A stretch of DNA of 51,183 nt from Dehalococcoidia bacterium (GCA_030605575.1 JAUWIC010000071.1:1-51183), one strand, 5' to 3'. Shown: positions 19,906 through 29,870, numbered from the stretch's first letter. A program made the numbers and translations. Notes: generated by a model not told the origin, from the sequence alone.

Positions 19906-21141
19906 ATGGAGATGAATCTAGTATTAGCCATAGGAATAATTACAGTTATCGGTTTTTTGGGTGGGTTAGTTGCGGAGAGACTGAGGTTTCCCAGGATTAC
20001 CGGCTATATCGTCATCGGTATATTGTTGAGTCCTTCTGTTCTCAACGTAATATCGGGGACGACAATAGAAAACTTGGGCATAATCACCGATATCCATCTG
20101 GGCATTGTTACTTTTTTGATTGGGGGGAGTCTTCGCCTAGAGTTGCTACGAAAATTGGGCAGAAGTATTGCCTGGATAACCCCTTTTCAAAGTTTAGGTG
20201 CCTGGCTTCTGGTTAGCCTGCTGCTAGCATTTTTATTTCCTCGCCTCGTGTCTATTCCAAACGCGACCTTCGCTCAGACCTATTTCCCGATGGCTTTTAT
20301 CGTAGGTGCGATATCGTGTGCTACTGCCCCAGCGGCAATAGTAGCTATAATCAACAAATATAAGGCTAAAGGCCCCTTTACCACAACTTTATTGGCGGTG
20401 GTGGCACTTGATGATGCTATTGCCGTCATCGCCTTTGCCATCGCTGTAGGTGTGTGCCAACCCTTGGTCAGTGGTGTCGGAGGCTTTTCCTTTTACCAGA
20501 TGCTGGGTGTTCCTTTCCTACATATAGCTCAGTCTATAGGAATAGGTGCTGTCTTTGGCTTCGCCTTAATTTATATCGCCAGGCTGGTAAGAACACGTGG
20601 ATTGCTTTTGATGGTAGTTTTCGGAATGATTATGGCGTGCATCGGCGTTACCAATCTCTTGGGTGTCTCATTAATTTTGGCCAATATGACTGTTGGCTTT
20701 ATCGTGGTGAATAGATTGAAGGAAACTGAGATGTTTCTTGCCCTCGAGGAAATTGAAGACGTAATCTTTGCCATGTTTTTTGTATTGGCAGGATTGCACT
20801 TTGACCTGGGTGTAATGAAAACTGTCGGTATATTGGCATTACTAATTGTTCTAAGTAGGTCCCTAGGTAAATATTTTTTTGCCAGAGCCGGGGCTACGAT
20901 TTCTCATTCCTCAGATGCAGTTAGAAAGTATCTCGGTTTTGCCCTATTGCCAAAGGCTGGAGTTACTCTGGGTTTAGTTCTTCTAGCTGGGCGGATGTTC
21001 CCTACCTTTGGGACTATAATGATGAACGCAGTGCTCGCCTCGGTCATCATAAACGAGATTGCTGCCCCTCCGTTGGCGAGATATGCCATTTTTAAAGCTG
21101 GAGAAGCTCATCCTGCTCCTGAGAAGAGCGAGGTTGAGTAG
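19906..21141 (+). CDS. cation:proton antiporter (Na+/H+ exchanger family)
   Basis: About 12 predicted TM helices. The N-terminus MEMNLVLAIGIITVIGFLGGLVAERLRFPRITGYIVIGILLSP is typical of the CPA family. Confidence 0.8.
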   Translation: MEMNLVLAIGIITVIGFLGGLVAERLRFPRITGYIVIGILLSPSVLNVISGTTIENLGIITDIHLGIVTFLIGGSLRLELLRKLGRSIAWITPFQSLGAWLLVSLLLAFLFPRLVSIPNATFAQTYFPMAFIVGAISCATAPAAIVAIINKYKAKGPFTTTLLAVVALDDAIAVIAFAIAVGVCQPLVSGVGGFSFYQMLGVPFLHIAQSIGIGAVFGFALIYIARLVRTRGLLLMVVFGMIMACIGVTNLLGVSLILANMTVGFIVVNRLKETEMFLALEEIEDVIFAMFFVLAGLHFDLGVMKTVGILALLIVLSRSLGKYFFARAGATISHSSDAVRKYLGFALLPKAGVTLGLVLLAGRMFPTFGTIMMNAVLASVIINEIAAPPLARYAIFKAGEAHPAPEKSEVE

Positions 21142-21176
21142 GACTTCTCCGGTGCTTATCTAGCCGTTTTTTGTTT

Positions 21177-21683
21177 TTAAGCTAATAGCCCCTCAATGGG
21201 CTCGATAACTATGCGCCCTTTATTAGGGTCAATAGATTTTACGACATCGTCAATGGCGGGAATAAGAATCTCTCCTCTGTCGCCACTGACTACATAGATA
21301 TCATTGCTCTCTGCGGTAAGAATTTCGGTGATGTTTCCCAGTAGTTCTCCCTGGGTTGTCTGTACCTCTAGCCCGATAAGTTGGAAATGGTAGTATTGTC
21401 CTTCGGGCAGAGGCTGGAGTTGGCTGTGATGTATTTCTATAGGTTGCCCCCGCAGCCTTTGTGCCTGTTCGATACTATCAATGGTGCTGAGCTTGATAAT
21501 TGCCTTCCCTTTACGCCACTCAGTGGCGTCAATGGTCATAGGCTGGTGGTTAATATAAATCTTGGAAGAGGGGGCGAAACGTTGGGGGAAATCGGTTACT
21601 ACCTTTACCTTTAGTTTGCCCTTGATACCCCATGGGGCTAGGATTTGACCAATAGTTACATATTCCGGCTCAGGTAATTTCAT
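21177..21683 (-). CDS. rimM: 16S rRNA processing protein RimM
   Basis: VTIGQILAPWGIKGKLKVKVVTDFPQRF plus a C-terminal PRC barrel. Lies downstream of rpsP and the KH gene. Confidence 0.9.
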   Translation of the reverse strand: MKLPEPEYVTIGQILAPWGIKGKLKVKVVTDFPQRFAPSSKIYINHQPMTIDATEWRKGKAIIKLSTIDSIEQAQRLRGQPIEIHHSQLQPLPEGQYYHFQLIGLEVQTTQGELLGNITEILTAESNDIYVVSGDRGEILIPAIDDVVKSIDPNKGRIVIEPIEGLLA

Positions 21684-21746
21684 TCCTGATAGGTGGTTAA
21701 TGCGTGGCTTATTTCAAACTTCCTTGAATCTCTTATTGGGTTGTTT

Positions 21747-21974
21747 TTAGATAATTTCGAGGCTGGCTCTGGTGCCTGCCTTGGCTGCTTTTACTCTGAT
21801 TAAGGTGCGCATGGCAGCAGCTATTCGGCCTTGCTTACCAATAACTCTTCCTTTATCATCATCGGCAACCTGCAATTTAAGTATTATGCCTTGCTCGTCA
21901 GTTTCCTCAGTAACTACCACATCATCAGGTGAATTAACAATTGATTTGGCGATGTACTCTATTAAGTCTTTCAT
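21747..21974 (-). CDS. KH-domain RNA-binding protein (UPF0109/YlqC type)
   Basis: 75 aa with [16 protein letters not shown]. Position between rpsP and rimM is conserved. Confidence 0.85.
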   Translation of the reverse strand: MKDLIEYIAKSIVNSPDDVVVTEETDEQGIILKLQVADDDKGRVIGKQGRIAAAMRTLIRVKAAKAGTRASLEII

Positions 21975-22240
21975 GTTTTCTCCTTGAGTGCTTTGAATTT
22001 TTCCATAATCCCTACTTTGGATAATAAGCGTGCGGCAGTATCTGTTGGCTGTGCTCCTTGCCTCAGCCAGTGTAGTGCTTTTTCTTCATCTATAACTACT
22101 GTTTCTGGGTTGGTTAGGGGATTATAGTGTCCAATGATGTTGATGAAGGCTCCGTCACGAGGGGCTCGAGCATCAGCTACTACTAGGCGGTAACTCGGCT
22201 TTTTTTTGGTACCTGTCCGTCGTAATCTAATCTTTACCAT
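21971..22240 (-). CDS. rpsP: 30S ribosomal protein S16
   Basis: [30 protein letters not shown] from ATG 22240. The ORF-track start 22273 adds 11 non-homologous residues. Confidence 0.95.
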   Translation of the reverse strand: MVKIRLRRTGTKKKPSYRLVVADARAPRDGAFINIIGHYNPLTNPETVVIDEEKALHWLRQGAQPTDTAARLLSKVGIMEKFKALKEKT

Positions 22241-22393
22241 TTTACTAGCCTTGTGTACATTATTATGCCCCATAATTGTTCAACTGTCAAATGGTTGGCT
22301 CTAGTATTTGGCGACCTTACCCCTGGTTTCCTTGGTGAACGACCTCTTTACAATATAGTTGTCAGAAGATTATACAGTGGTTATAATCAAGGT

Positions 22394-23095
22394 GTGAAAG
22401 TGGAGAACTTGCATAGTTGGCAGGTTAGTATCGCTCAGGCTTTAGACCTACAGCGGATGTTGGCAGCGCAGGTGTCTAGAACTGGTGAAGTGGTGACCCC
22501 TCGCTTTATAGCCGGTGTGGATATATCAGCCGACAGAGCACAGGGGGTGGCTACCGGGGCGGTGGTTGTCTTACAGTATCCTGAACTTAGCGTAGTGGAA
22601 ACAGAAGTAGTCAACGGCAAGCTTAATTTACCCTACATCCCGGGGCTTTTGTCCTTCAGGGAGGCACCCTTGACACTGACTGCTTGCCAGGAGCTTACTA
22701 TTACTCCTGACCTTATCCTGGTTGATGGGCAGGGAATTGCTCACCCTCGGCGAATGGGTCTTGCCTCCCATTTAGGGCTCTTTTTGAATTCGCCAACCAT
22801 TGGCTGCGCTAAATCTCTACTATGTGGCACCCATCAAGCGCCCGGTGTCGAGCCAGGTAGCTATGCTGAAGTGGTGGACAACGGTGAGACTATAGGGGTG
22901 GCTCTGCGAACCAAGCTCGGAGTGAAGCCTATCTATGTTTCCATAGGTCATAAGATTGACCTTCAAACTGCTATCTACTGGGTCATAAAGTGCTGTCGGG
23001 GTTATCGCTTACCTGAGCCTACCAGGCTGGCCCATCTGGCGGCGGGTGGTAATCTGGTGGCTAAGGCAGGTTATCAGCGGAAGCTTTTCGGATAA
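22394..23095 (+). CDS. nfi: endonuclease V
   Basis: FIAGVDIS, PYIPGLLSFREAP, DGQGIAHPRRMGLASHLGL and GYRLPEPTRLAH. By comparison with E. coli Nfi the start is GTG 22394 or 22400, not ATG 22253. Confidence 0.9.
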   Translation: MKVENLHSWQVSIAQALDLQRMLAAQVSRTGEVVTPRFIAGVDISADRAQGVATGAVVVLQYPELSVVETEVVNGKLNLPYIPGLLSFREAPLTLTACQELTITPDLILVDGQGIAHPRRMGLASHLGLFLNSPTIGCAKSLLCGTHQAPGVEPGSYAEVVDNGETIGVALRTKLGVKPIYVSIGHKIDLQTAIYWVIKCCRGYRLPEPTRLAHLAAGGNLVAKAGYQRKLFG

Positions 23096-23170
23096 AAGGA
23101 TTACGGTAAATAAGGAGTTAAAAAGTTATTTAGCAACATCAATCAACATTTTGAAAAACGGTGAGGGCAG

Positions 23171-24269
23171 ATGCAGGAGTTAGGGGATAAACTAAAGGAT
23201 TTACAGGCTAGAGTATCAATGGCGCTGGTGCATCTTTGACATTACTGCCAAAGAGAAGGAGATTACCCACTTAGAAGAAGAGTCAGCCCAGCCTGACTTC
23301 TGGTTAGACCAGGCTAAAGCGCAGAGTATAATGCGCCGGTTGGCTGAGCAGAAGAGGCTGGTGCAGCCGTGGCGTGAGCTGGAGAAAAAGGTGGCTGACA
23401 TTGCTGAATTAATCTCCCTGGCGCAGGATGATACCTCACTGTGGACAGAAATTCAGTCTGAAATAGGTGGGGTGGCTTCCCGCCTTGACGAGTTGGAACT
23501 GGAGGCAGCTTTTACCAGTGAGTATGATGCCAGAAGTGCTATTCTGGCTCTTCACGCCGGGGCTGGAGGCATAGAATCCCAGGATTGGGCCGAGATGTTA
23601 CTGAGAATGTACCTTCGCTGGGCTGAGCGGCGCGGTTATAAGGCTAAGATATTAGACATTTCCCCCGGGGAGGAGGCAGGGATAAAGAGTGCCGTCATTG
23701 AGGTTAGCGGCAGTTATGCCTCTGGCTACCTGAAATCGGAACATGGTGTCCATCGCCTGGTTCGTCTTTCTCCTTTTGATGCTGACCATGCTCGGCATAC
23801 CTCCTTTGTCCTGGTTGAGGTTATACCTGAAGCCGAAGCCGATGTTGACGTCAAGATAGAGCCCGATGACTTGAAGGTTGATGCGTTTAGGTCGAGCGGA
23901 CCAGGGGGACAGCATATGCAGAAGACAAGCAGTGCTGTCAGGTTGACCCATCTGCCCACGGGGTTGGTGGTTACCTGTCAGAGTGAGCGTTCTCAGCACC
24001 AGAACAAGGAGATTGCCCTAAAAATTCTTCAATCTCGCCTGTTGGAGTTAGAGCTGGCGAAAAGGACTGAAGAAAGGGCTAGGCTTAAAGGAAAGCGTAT
24101 AACCGCTGGCTGGGGTAACCAGATTAGAAGTTATGTCCTTCATCCCTATAAGATGGTAAAGGACCACAGGACTAATTATCAGACCAGCGATACCGATGCT
24201 GTATTGGATGGGGAACTGGATGACTTGATAACTGCCTATCTTCGGTTTAATGTAGGTGGAGAAGGATGA
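23171..24269 (+). CDS. prfB: peptide chain release factor 2, requiring a programmed +1 frameshift at 23234-23240
   Basis: ORF0 is ATG 23171 ... GTG CAT CTT TGA C. Frame +1 then continues DITAKEKEITHLEEESAQPDFW..., joining the ORF-track ORF 23331..24269. The SPF and GGQ motifs are present (RLSPFD, SGPGGQHMQKT). Confidence 0.95.
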
Positions 24270-25369
24270 TTAACAAGGCTCGTCTATTAGCTTTAGCTGT
24301 TTGTTTACTCCTGGTTTTGTTAGTTCCCAGCTTGGTTCAAGCCCAGGGCGAGCTGACAATATTAGGTAGCTCGGCTCAACCCGAGTTCCCGCATCGGCTT
24401 ACCTTTAGTTTATCAGCCGAGAGTGATGTTAATATTACCGATATTCGCCTCCGCTACCGGGTTGACCGAATAGGCTTTGCCCGGGTAACCAGCGAAGTCT
24501 ATATTGGATTTGCGCCGACTAATACTGTCAATATTGACTGGCCTCTAGACATGGTAAAAATAGGCGGGCTCCCCACGGGGTCTAGCCTGGACTATTGGTG
24601 GACGGTGGAGGATGCCAGAGGTGACAGGGTTGAAACGGCTCCGGCTCGGGTTAATTTTGATGATACCCGCTATTCGTGGCAAAGTCTAACTGAGGGTAAA
24701 GTAACTATGTACTGGTATCAGGGAGACCAGTCCTTTGCTCAGGAGCTAATGGCCACGGCTCAGCAGGCACTGGCTCGGCTGGCCCAGGACACCGGTGCCG
24801 AGCTTGAGAAGCCGGCTAAGCTCTATATCTACGCTAACTCTCAGGATTTACAGGGGGCAATGATTCATCCACAGGAGTGGACGGGAGGAGTAGCCTTTAC
24901 CCGATATGGAATTATGGCTATTGGTATCGCTCCAGCTAATCTTGACTGGGGTAAGAGGGCGACTGCCCATGAGCTAACCCACTTGGTCATCCATCAAATG
25001 ACCCTCAACCCCTATAATGACCTGCCTACCTGGCTTGACGAGGGGTTAGCCATGCGTACCGAGGGTCCGCTGGAGGCGGTATTTAGCGCCTATCTTGATA
25101 GGGCAATAGCTGAAAATGGTCTTATCTCGGTGCAGAGCCTGTCAAGCCCCTTTTCCGCTTATGCCGAAGAGTCTGTCCTTGCCTATGCTCAAAGCTATAG
25201 TTTGGTCGATTTTCTTATCACTAATTATGGACAGGGCAAGATGCTTGAGCTGCTGAATACCTTTAGGCAGGGCAGTAGCTATGACGGGGCTCTGGAAAAG
25301 GTTTATGGCTTTGATATGGATGGTCTGGATAATTTGTGGCGGGATTATATTACTACGTCACCCAGCTAA
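24266..25369 (+). CDS. secreted peptidase MA-like zinc metallopeptidase
   Basis: Signal peptide MINKARLLALAVCLLLVLLVPSLVQA. HExxH plus a downstream Glu (TAHELTHLVIH...WLDEGLA). ATGA overlap with the prfB stop. Confidence 0.7.
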   Translation: MINKARLLALAVCLLLVLLVPSLVQAQGELTILGSSAQPEFPHRLTFSLSAESDVNITDIRLRYRVDRIGFARVTSEVYIGFAPTNTVNIDWPLDMVKIGGLPTGSSLDYWWTVEDARGDRVETAPARVNFDDTRYSWQSLTEGKVTMYWYQGDQSFAQELMATAQQALARLAQDTGAELEKPAKLYIYANSQDLQGAMIHPQEWTGGVAFTRYGIMAIGIAPANLDWGKRATAHELTHLVIHQMTLNPYNDLPTWLDEGLAMRTEGPLEAVFSAYLDRAIAENGLISVQSLSSPFSAYAEESVLAYAQSYSLVDFLITNYGQGKMLELLNTFRQGSSYDGALEKVYGFDMDGLDNLWRDYITTSPS

Positions 25370-25419
25370 GCCAGGAGGCGACGCCCCTGGTGCTGGAGGC
25401 TGGCTATTAAAAGCCGGGT

Positions 25420-26124
25420 ATGGAGACAAGAATGACCAAGAAATCGTTTACCATTCATGATTTGCCCATCTCTGAGCGGCCGAGGGAAAGGTTGCAAAAA
25501 TTCGGGATAGAAGCCCTATCGGCTCAGGAGATTTTAGCTCTGATTCTGGGTCGTGGTGTCGCCGGCGAGTCAGTGATGGTAACTGCCCAGAGGCTGTTAT
25601 CTCGCTTTGGCAGCCTTAAAGGCATTGCTGGTGCCTCAGTTGAGGAACTATCCCAGGTGAAGGGCATAGGTGTTGCCAAGGCGTCTCAGATTAAGGGGGC
25701 TTTTGAGCTGGCTAACCGGGTAGAGGGCTATGTGGAAGCTGGTAGTAAGCCGGTAGTCAAGACGCCTGACGATGTCGTCGGCCTGGTCAGAGGCAGACTA
25801 AAGGGGAAGAAGAAAGAGCACTTCCTGGCACTTCTGCTGGATACCAGAAATCAGCTAATAAGGGTAGCCGAAATTTCGGTTGGTAGCCTGGATGGCAGCC
25901 TGGTTCACCCCAGGGAGGTATTTAAAGAGGCAATATCGGCTACCGCGGCCTCGGTTATCTTTGCCCATAATCACCCCTCCGGCGACCCCACCGCCTCGGA
26001 AGATGACATAAAGTTGACCAAACGGCTAGCCGAGGCCGGAGAAATCGTGGGCATAGATGTCCTGGACCATATCATTATCGGCGATAAAAACTTCCTCAGC
26101 CTGAAGAGAGAGGGGTTATTTTAG
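25420..26124 (+). CDS. radC: RadC-family JAB-domain protein
   Basis: HhH N-domain (SDAELLAIL-like EILALILGRGV) and JAMM motif FAHNHPSGDPTASEDDIKLT. Confidence 0.9.
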   Translation: METRMTKKSFTIHDLPISERPRERLQKFGIEALSAQEILALILGRGVAGESVMVTAQRLLSRFGSLKGIAGASVEELSQVKGIGVAKASQIKGAFELANRVEGYVEAGSKPVVKTPDDVVGLVRGRLKGKKKEHFLALLLDTRNQLIRVAEISVGSLDGSLVHPREVFKEAISATAASVIFAHNHPSGDPTASEDDIKLTKRLAEAGEIVGIDVLDHIIIGDKNFLSLKREGLF

Positions 26125-26129
26125 ATTGG

Positions 26130-26335
26130 TTATCTACCCTATCCCCTATATCCCCTTCCCCTTCAAAGGGGAAGGGGAAGATAAATAGAGGGGCTATCGC
26201 CCCTCTAAAACTCACTGGTTACTACTCTAGTGTAAGGAGAGGGGGGATTAAGGGGGGTGAGGTTAATAAGTAAGTTACGAAGGAGGGAGGTTTGAAGGGG
26301 TAAAACCCCTTCAAACCTCCCTGATAAACGACTTT
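26130..26335. repeat. composite array of GC-rich hairpin repeats (types A, B and C)
   Basis: CCCCTTCCCCTT-CAA-AGGGGAAGGGG at 26152-26178. AGAGGGGC-TATC-GCCCCTCT at 26187-26206. Perfect 16-bp stem GGGAGGTTTGAAGGGG-TAAAA-CCCCTTCAAACCTCCC at 26285-26321. Confidence 0.85.
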
Positions 26336-26394
26336 TGTTTTCAGACGTACGTGGGTGGAATTGGAATAATCGTATGTTTCATTTATAGGGCTTA

Positions 26395-28014
26395 ATGATG
26401 AAAAAAACTTTATATATATCACTTTCAGTAGTATTGCTAGTCAGCCTGCTTATGGCTGGCTGCTGGCCCTCGCCCCCGGTGGAGCCACCACCGGTAGAAC
26501 CGCCACCCATTGTTCCCGGGGAAGGCGGGGTTCTTAATTTATACGGCATTGACCCGTGGACTCTTGACCCGGCTGTTTCCAGTGAAATGACTTCCCACGA
26601 ATATATAATGCAGCTATTTGGTGGCCTGGTTTGCCTTGATGATAACCTGGAGCCGGCACCGGATATCGCCCAGGATTGGCAGATTAACCCCGATGGCACA
26701 ACCTATACCTTTTATCTGCGGGACGATGTGATGTTCCACGATGGCACGGAGGTCAAGGCTGAGGATTTCAAGTATTCCTGGGAGCGGGCTTGTGACCCGG
26801 CTACTGGCTCTCAGACGGCAGCCGCCTATCTGGGAGATATTGTCGGGGTTAGTGAAGTATTGGCTGGTGAAACCAAAGAAATTAGTGGGGTCAGCGTTAC
26901 CGGTGATTATACCCTGGAGGTAACTATAGATGCGCCCAAATCCTATTTCTTGTCCAAGCTGACCTATCCCACCTCCTTCGTCGTTGACGGCACTAATGTA
27001 GCCTCGGGGGGGGAGTGGTGGCGCTACCCCAATGGCACCGGCCCATTTAAGCTCAACCAGTGGGCGGAAAATAGTTTACTGGTTCTGGAGAGGAATGAGC
27101 TTTACTACGGAGAGCTGGCTAAGGTCGATTTCGTTAATTTTCAATTGTGGGGTGGGGTACCCATGAATATGTATGAGACCGGCGAAATTGATGCCACCGC
27201 TGTCTCTATCACTTATATTGACAAGGTTATCGATGAGCGAGGCCCATTTTATCAGGATTTAATCACCGTCCCCGAGCTAAGCTTCTACTATATTGGCTTT
27301 GACACTACTAAACCGCCGTTTGATGATGTTAACCTTCGCCGTGCCTTCTCTCAGGCTATTGATAAGGATAAGCTGGTCTCTTTGGTGTACCGGGATATGA
27401 TGCAGACGGCAGACGGCATCTTACCCCCGGGTATGCCGGGCTATAATGAAGATTTGGCCGGCTTGGACTTTGATGTAACTGAGGCCAGGGAGTTGATTGC
27501 TAACTCAAAGTATGGTGATGTATCCAATCTGCCGCCGATTACCATTACCACTCTGGGCTGGGGCGGGTTAATATCAAGCGACCTGGAGGCTATTGTCTAT
27601 GAGTGGCGCCAGAACCTGGGAGTAGAAGTAGAGGTAAGGCAGCTGGAACCACAAAGGTTCCTTTATCACCTCACGGAGGAAAAGGACGAGATGTTTCATA
27701 TGGGTTGGATTGCTGACTATCCCCACCCCCAGGACTTTCTGGATATTCTGTTTCACAGTGGTACCGAGAACAACTACGGACAGTATAGCAACCCTGAGGT
27801 AGATGCTTTACTGGAGATGGCGAATGTGGAGCCGGATAGCGAAGTAAGTCTAAGCTTATATCAGCAAGCTGAGCAACTACTGGTTGAGGATGCGGCCTGC
27901 CTGCCCTTATGGTTCGGCAAAAATTACGTCCTGGTCAAGCCCTATGTTAGCGGCTATGAGCTAAATCCGATGGGCATTGCCGTGCTGAATACCGTCTCTG
28001 TCGAACCCCACTAG
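26395..28014 (+). CDS. ABC transporter substrate-binding lipoprotein, family 5 (peptide/nickel type)
   Basis: Lipobox LLMAGC, a Pro-rich linker and overall OppA/DppA-like sequence. No permease or ATPase genes are adjacent. Confidence 0.8.
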   Translation: MMKKTLYISLSVVLLVSLLMAGCWPSPPVEPPPVEPPPIVPGEGGVLNLYGIDPWTLDPAVSSEMTSHEYIMQLFGGLVCLDDNLEPAPDIAQDWQINPDGTTYTFYLRDDVMFHDGTEVKAEDFKYSWERACDPATGSQTAAAYLGDIVGVSEVLAGETKEISGVSVTGDYTLEVTIDAPKSYFLSKLTYPTSFVVDGTNVASGGEWWRYPNGTGPFKLNQWAENSLLVLERNELYYGELAKVDFVNFQLWGGVPMNMYETGEIDATAVSITYIDKVIDERGPFYQDLITVPELSFYYIGFDTTKPPFDDVNLRRAFSQAIDKDKLVSLVYRDMMQTADGILPPGMPGYNEDLAGLDFDVTEARELIANSKYGDVSNLPPITITTLGWGGLISSDLEAIVYEWRQNLGVEVEVRQLEPQRFLYHLTEEKDEMFHMGWIADYPHPQDFLDILFHSGTENNYGQYSNPEVDALLEMANVEPDSEVSLSLYQQAEQLLVEDAACLPLWFGKNYVLVKPYVSGYELNPMGIAVLNTVSVEPH

Positions 28015-28024
28015 GCGAGAAAGA

Positions 28025-28215
28025 GAGTTTGAGAGAGGCTTCGCCCCTCTCAGTTAACCAAGGGTAAATTCTCCTTATTAATTAAAGGTGTTTAAGAGGG
28101 CGATAGCCCTCTTTATTATTTAATTCCCCTTCCCCTTATTAAGGGGAAGGGGATAAAGCGGGTTCCCAGGAAAATCGAAGATTTTTCTGGGTGCTTAAAG
28201 GGGATGGGGTTATTA
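28025..28215. repeat. composite array of GC-rich hairpin repeats (types B, A and D)
   Basis: GAGAGAGGC-TTCG-CCCCTCTC at 28031-28051. AAGAGGGC-GATA-GCCCTCTT at 28094-28113. CCCCTTCCCCTT-ATT-AAGGGGAAGGGG at 28126-28152. The 58-nt unit 28154-28211 matches 18681-18738 at all but 3 positions. Confidence 0.85.
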
Positions 28216-28221
28216 ACATAG

Positions 28222-28311
28222 TGGCGGAGGGGGTGGGATTCGAACCCACGCTCGCCGTAAGACGAGAACGGTTTTCAAGACCGCCTCCTTAAACCACTCG
28301 GACACCCCTCC
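28222..28311 (-). tRNA. tRNA-Ser(UGA), class II, CCA encoded
   Basis: The reverse complement is GGAGGGG-TG-TCC-GAGTGGTTTAA-GGA-G-GCGGT-CTTGAAA-ACCGT-(long variable arm CTCGTC/GGCGAG)-GTGGG-TTCGAAT-CCCAC-CCCCTCC-G-CCA. Confidence 0.95.
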
Positions 28312-28388
28312 TGGTTACTTTTTGAAGCTAAATTAGACCTTATAGAGCTTTTACCAAGTAGACATAATTAGAAATAGCTAACGGATAG

Positions 28389-29576
28389 CTAACCAACTTT
28401 TCTAACAGTCTCATTTTCAGCCTCATTATACCTAGCGAGGAATGATTCGTCAAAGCGTTTGGCTGCTGCTTCCTGAAGCCCTGGCGACACGTGCGAATAA
28501 GTATCAAGAGTAATAGCTATACTGGAGTGGCCGAGACGTTCCTGAACAATCTTAGGATGTACCCCTTGTTTAAGCATAAGTGAGGCGTGGCTGTGCCTGG
28601 CATCGTGAAAGCGTATAACCTTGAGACCGGCACGGGTAGCCAATGAAGTCCAGGCACGAGTAACCGTATTAGGGCGTATGGGCTTACCGTCCAGGTGACT
28701 AAATACCAAGTCATTATCGGTTAAGGGTATCCCTAGCATCGCCCTTTCCAATTCCTGTTTCTTGCGGTGCTCATTAAGTACCAGAATAGCGGATGGGGGT
28801 AGCGCAACCGTTCGCCTTCCCTTAGCCGTCTTGGGTGACCTGAAAACAAAGCTGCCGTCTCTCAGTTGATGCAGGCTACGGCTTACATAAACTTGGCTTA
28901 GTATGAAGTCTACGTCTTGCCAGCGCAGGGCCAGAAGCTCGGAGCGCCTCATGCCAGTGAAAAGGGCGGTGTAAAATAGCGCATAATAAGGCGTGGACTT
29001 AGCGGCTTCAAGGAAGCGAGTTATATCATTTTCTCCCCACGTATGCATTTCTGGACGTTCCGCATGTGGCGGTCTAACAGCATCAGCGACGTTTCGTGAT
29101 AATAAGCCCCACTCTACCGCAGTTTGTAAGGCTTTGTGTAAGGCGGTATGGTGGTGTCTTACCGTTTGGGCACTCAAGCCGCATGAACTATCACAGCGCC
29201 CACTACATATCATCTCAGAATAATACTTCTGCAAGTGCTCGGGCTTAAGCTGTGTCAGGGTGATATTACCAAGCTGGGGAATAAGATGCTGGCGTATGAT
29301 AGTCTCATAACCTTCCACCGTTCTGGGGGCAAGGTTAGGCCAAGCATAATCTTTTAACCACCTCTCAAGGTATTCTGTTAAGGTCGTTTTACTAGGCTTC
29401 ATAAACGTGCCAGTGTCGAGCTGGTGAAGTAGCTCGGCAAGTCTCTTTTCAGCTTCTTTCTTTGTGCCCTTTATGCTAACCCATTGCTGCTTACGTTTGC
29501 CTGTGGCCGGGTCAGCCCCCATGTTTAAGACAATGGTGTAGCTATTCTTGTACCTCTTGACGATATGACCTCTCAT
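28389..29576 (-). CDS. tyrosine site-specific integrase (phage type, with N-terminal arm-binding domain)
   Basis: MRGHIVKRYKNSYTIVLNMGADPATGKRKQQW N-domain. Catalytic boxes are TGMRRSELLAL, HDARHSHASLML and LGHSSIAITLDTYSHV. GGAGGG lies upstream. Confidence 0.93.
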   Translation of the reverse strand: MRGHIVKRYKNSYTIVLNMGADPATGKRKQQWVSIKGTKKEAEKRLAELLHQLDTGTFMKPSKTTLTEYLERWLKDYAWPNLAPRTVEGYETIIRQHLIPQLGNITLTQLKPEHLQKYYSEMICSGRCDSSCGLSAQTVRHHHTALHKALQTAVEWGLLSRNVADAVRPPHAERPEMHTWGENDITRFLEAAKSTPYYALFYTALFTGMRRSELLALRWQDVDFILSQVYVSRSLHQLRDGSFVFRSPKTAKGRRTVALPPSAILVLNEHRKKQELERAMLGIPLTDNDLVFSHLDGKPIRPNTVTRAWTSLATRAGLKVIRFHDARHSHASLMLKQGVHPKIVQERLGHSSIAITLDTYSHVSPGLQEAAAKRFDESFLARYNEAENETVRKVG

Positions 29577-29599
29577 GGTGTGCCCTCCTTCTGCATGTC

Positions 29600-29868
29600 T
29601 GCTATTAATCTACCCTTTAAGTTCCGAATAACCCTCTAATAGATTATCTTGACTCCCTTCGAGTTCTGGTATTTAAGTTCTGGATGCAAGTCGTTCCATT
29701 CGTTTCTTACAGACTCCCAAAAGGCCACTGTTCCTTTGCCTTTTGGCGGGCCGCCCCTCTTCTGGACTAACTGGCAGATTTCCCATTGTTACTTGTAGCC
29801 GGACCTCTACCGATATCAATAGAGATTCCCCGCCTACCCTTAGACCGTTGACGAATATATCCTTTCAT
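29600..29868 (-). pseudogene. degenerate N-terminal fragment of a second integrase
   Basis: ATG 29868 gives MKGYIRQRSKGRRGISIDIGRGPAT..., which parallels MRGHIVKRYKNSYTIVLNMGADPATG of the neighbouring integrase, and stops after 33 codons. A shifted frame continues GRPAKRQRNSGLLGVCKKRMERLA (compare GKRKQQWVSIKGTKKEAEKRLA). No catalytic domain follows. Confidence 0.5.
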
Positions 29869-29870
29869 GG

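Noticed and set aside
26379-26699. 106-aa minus-strand ORF with a GGSTGGGSTGG stretch
   Set aside because: It is the antisense of the Pro-rich linker (PPVEPPPVEPPP) at the start of the substrate-binding lipoprotein gene.
26130-28215. Possible CRISPR array, given the recurring GC-rich palindromes
   Set aside because: The repeats have different sequences and irregular spacing. They are separated by a 1.6-kb gene rather than by spacers, and no cas genes are in the window.
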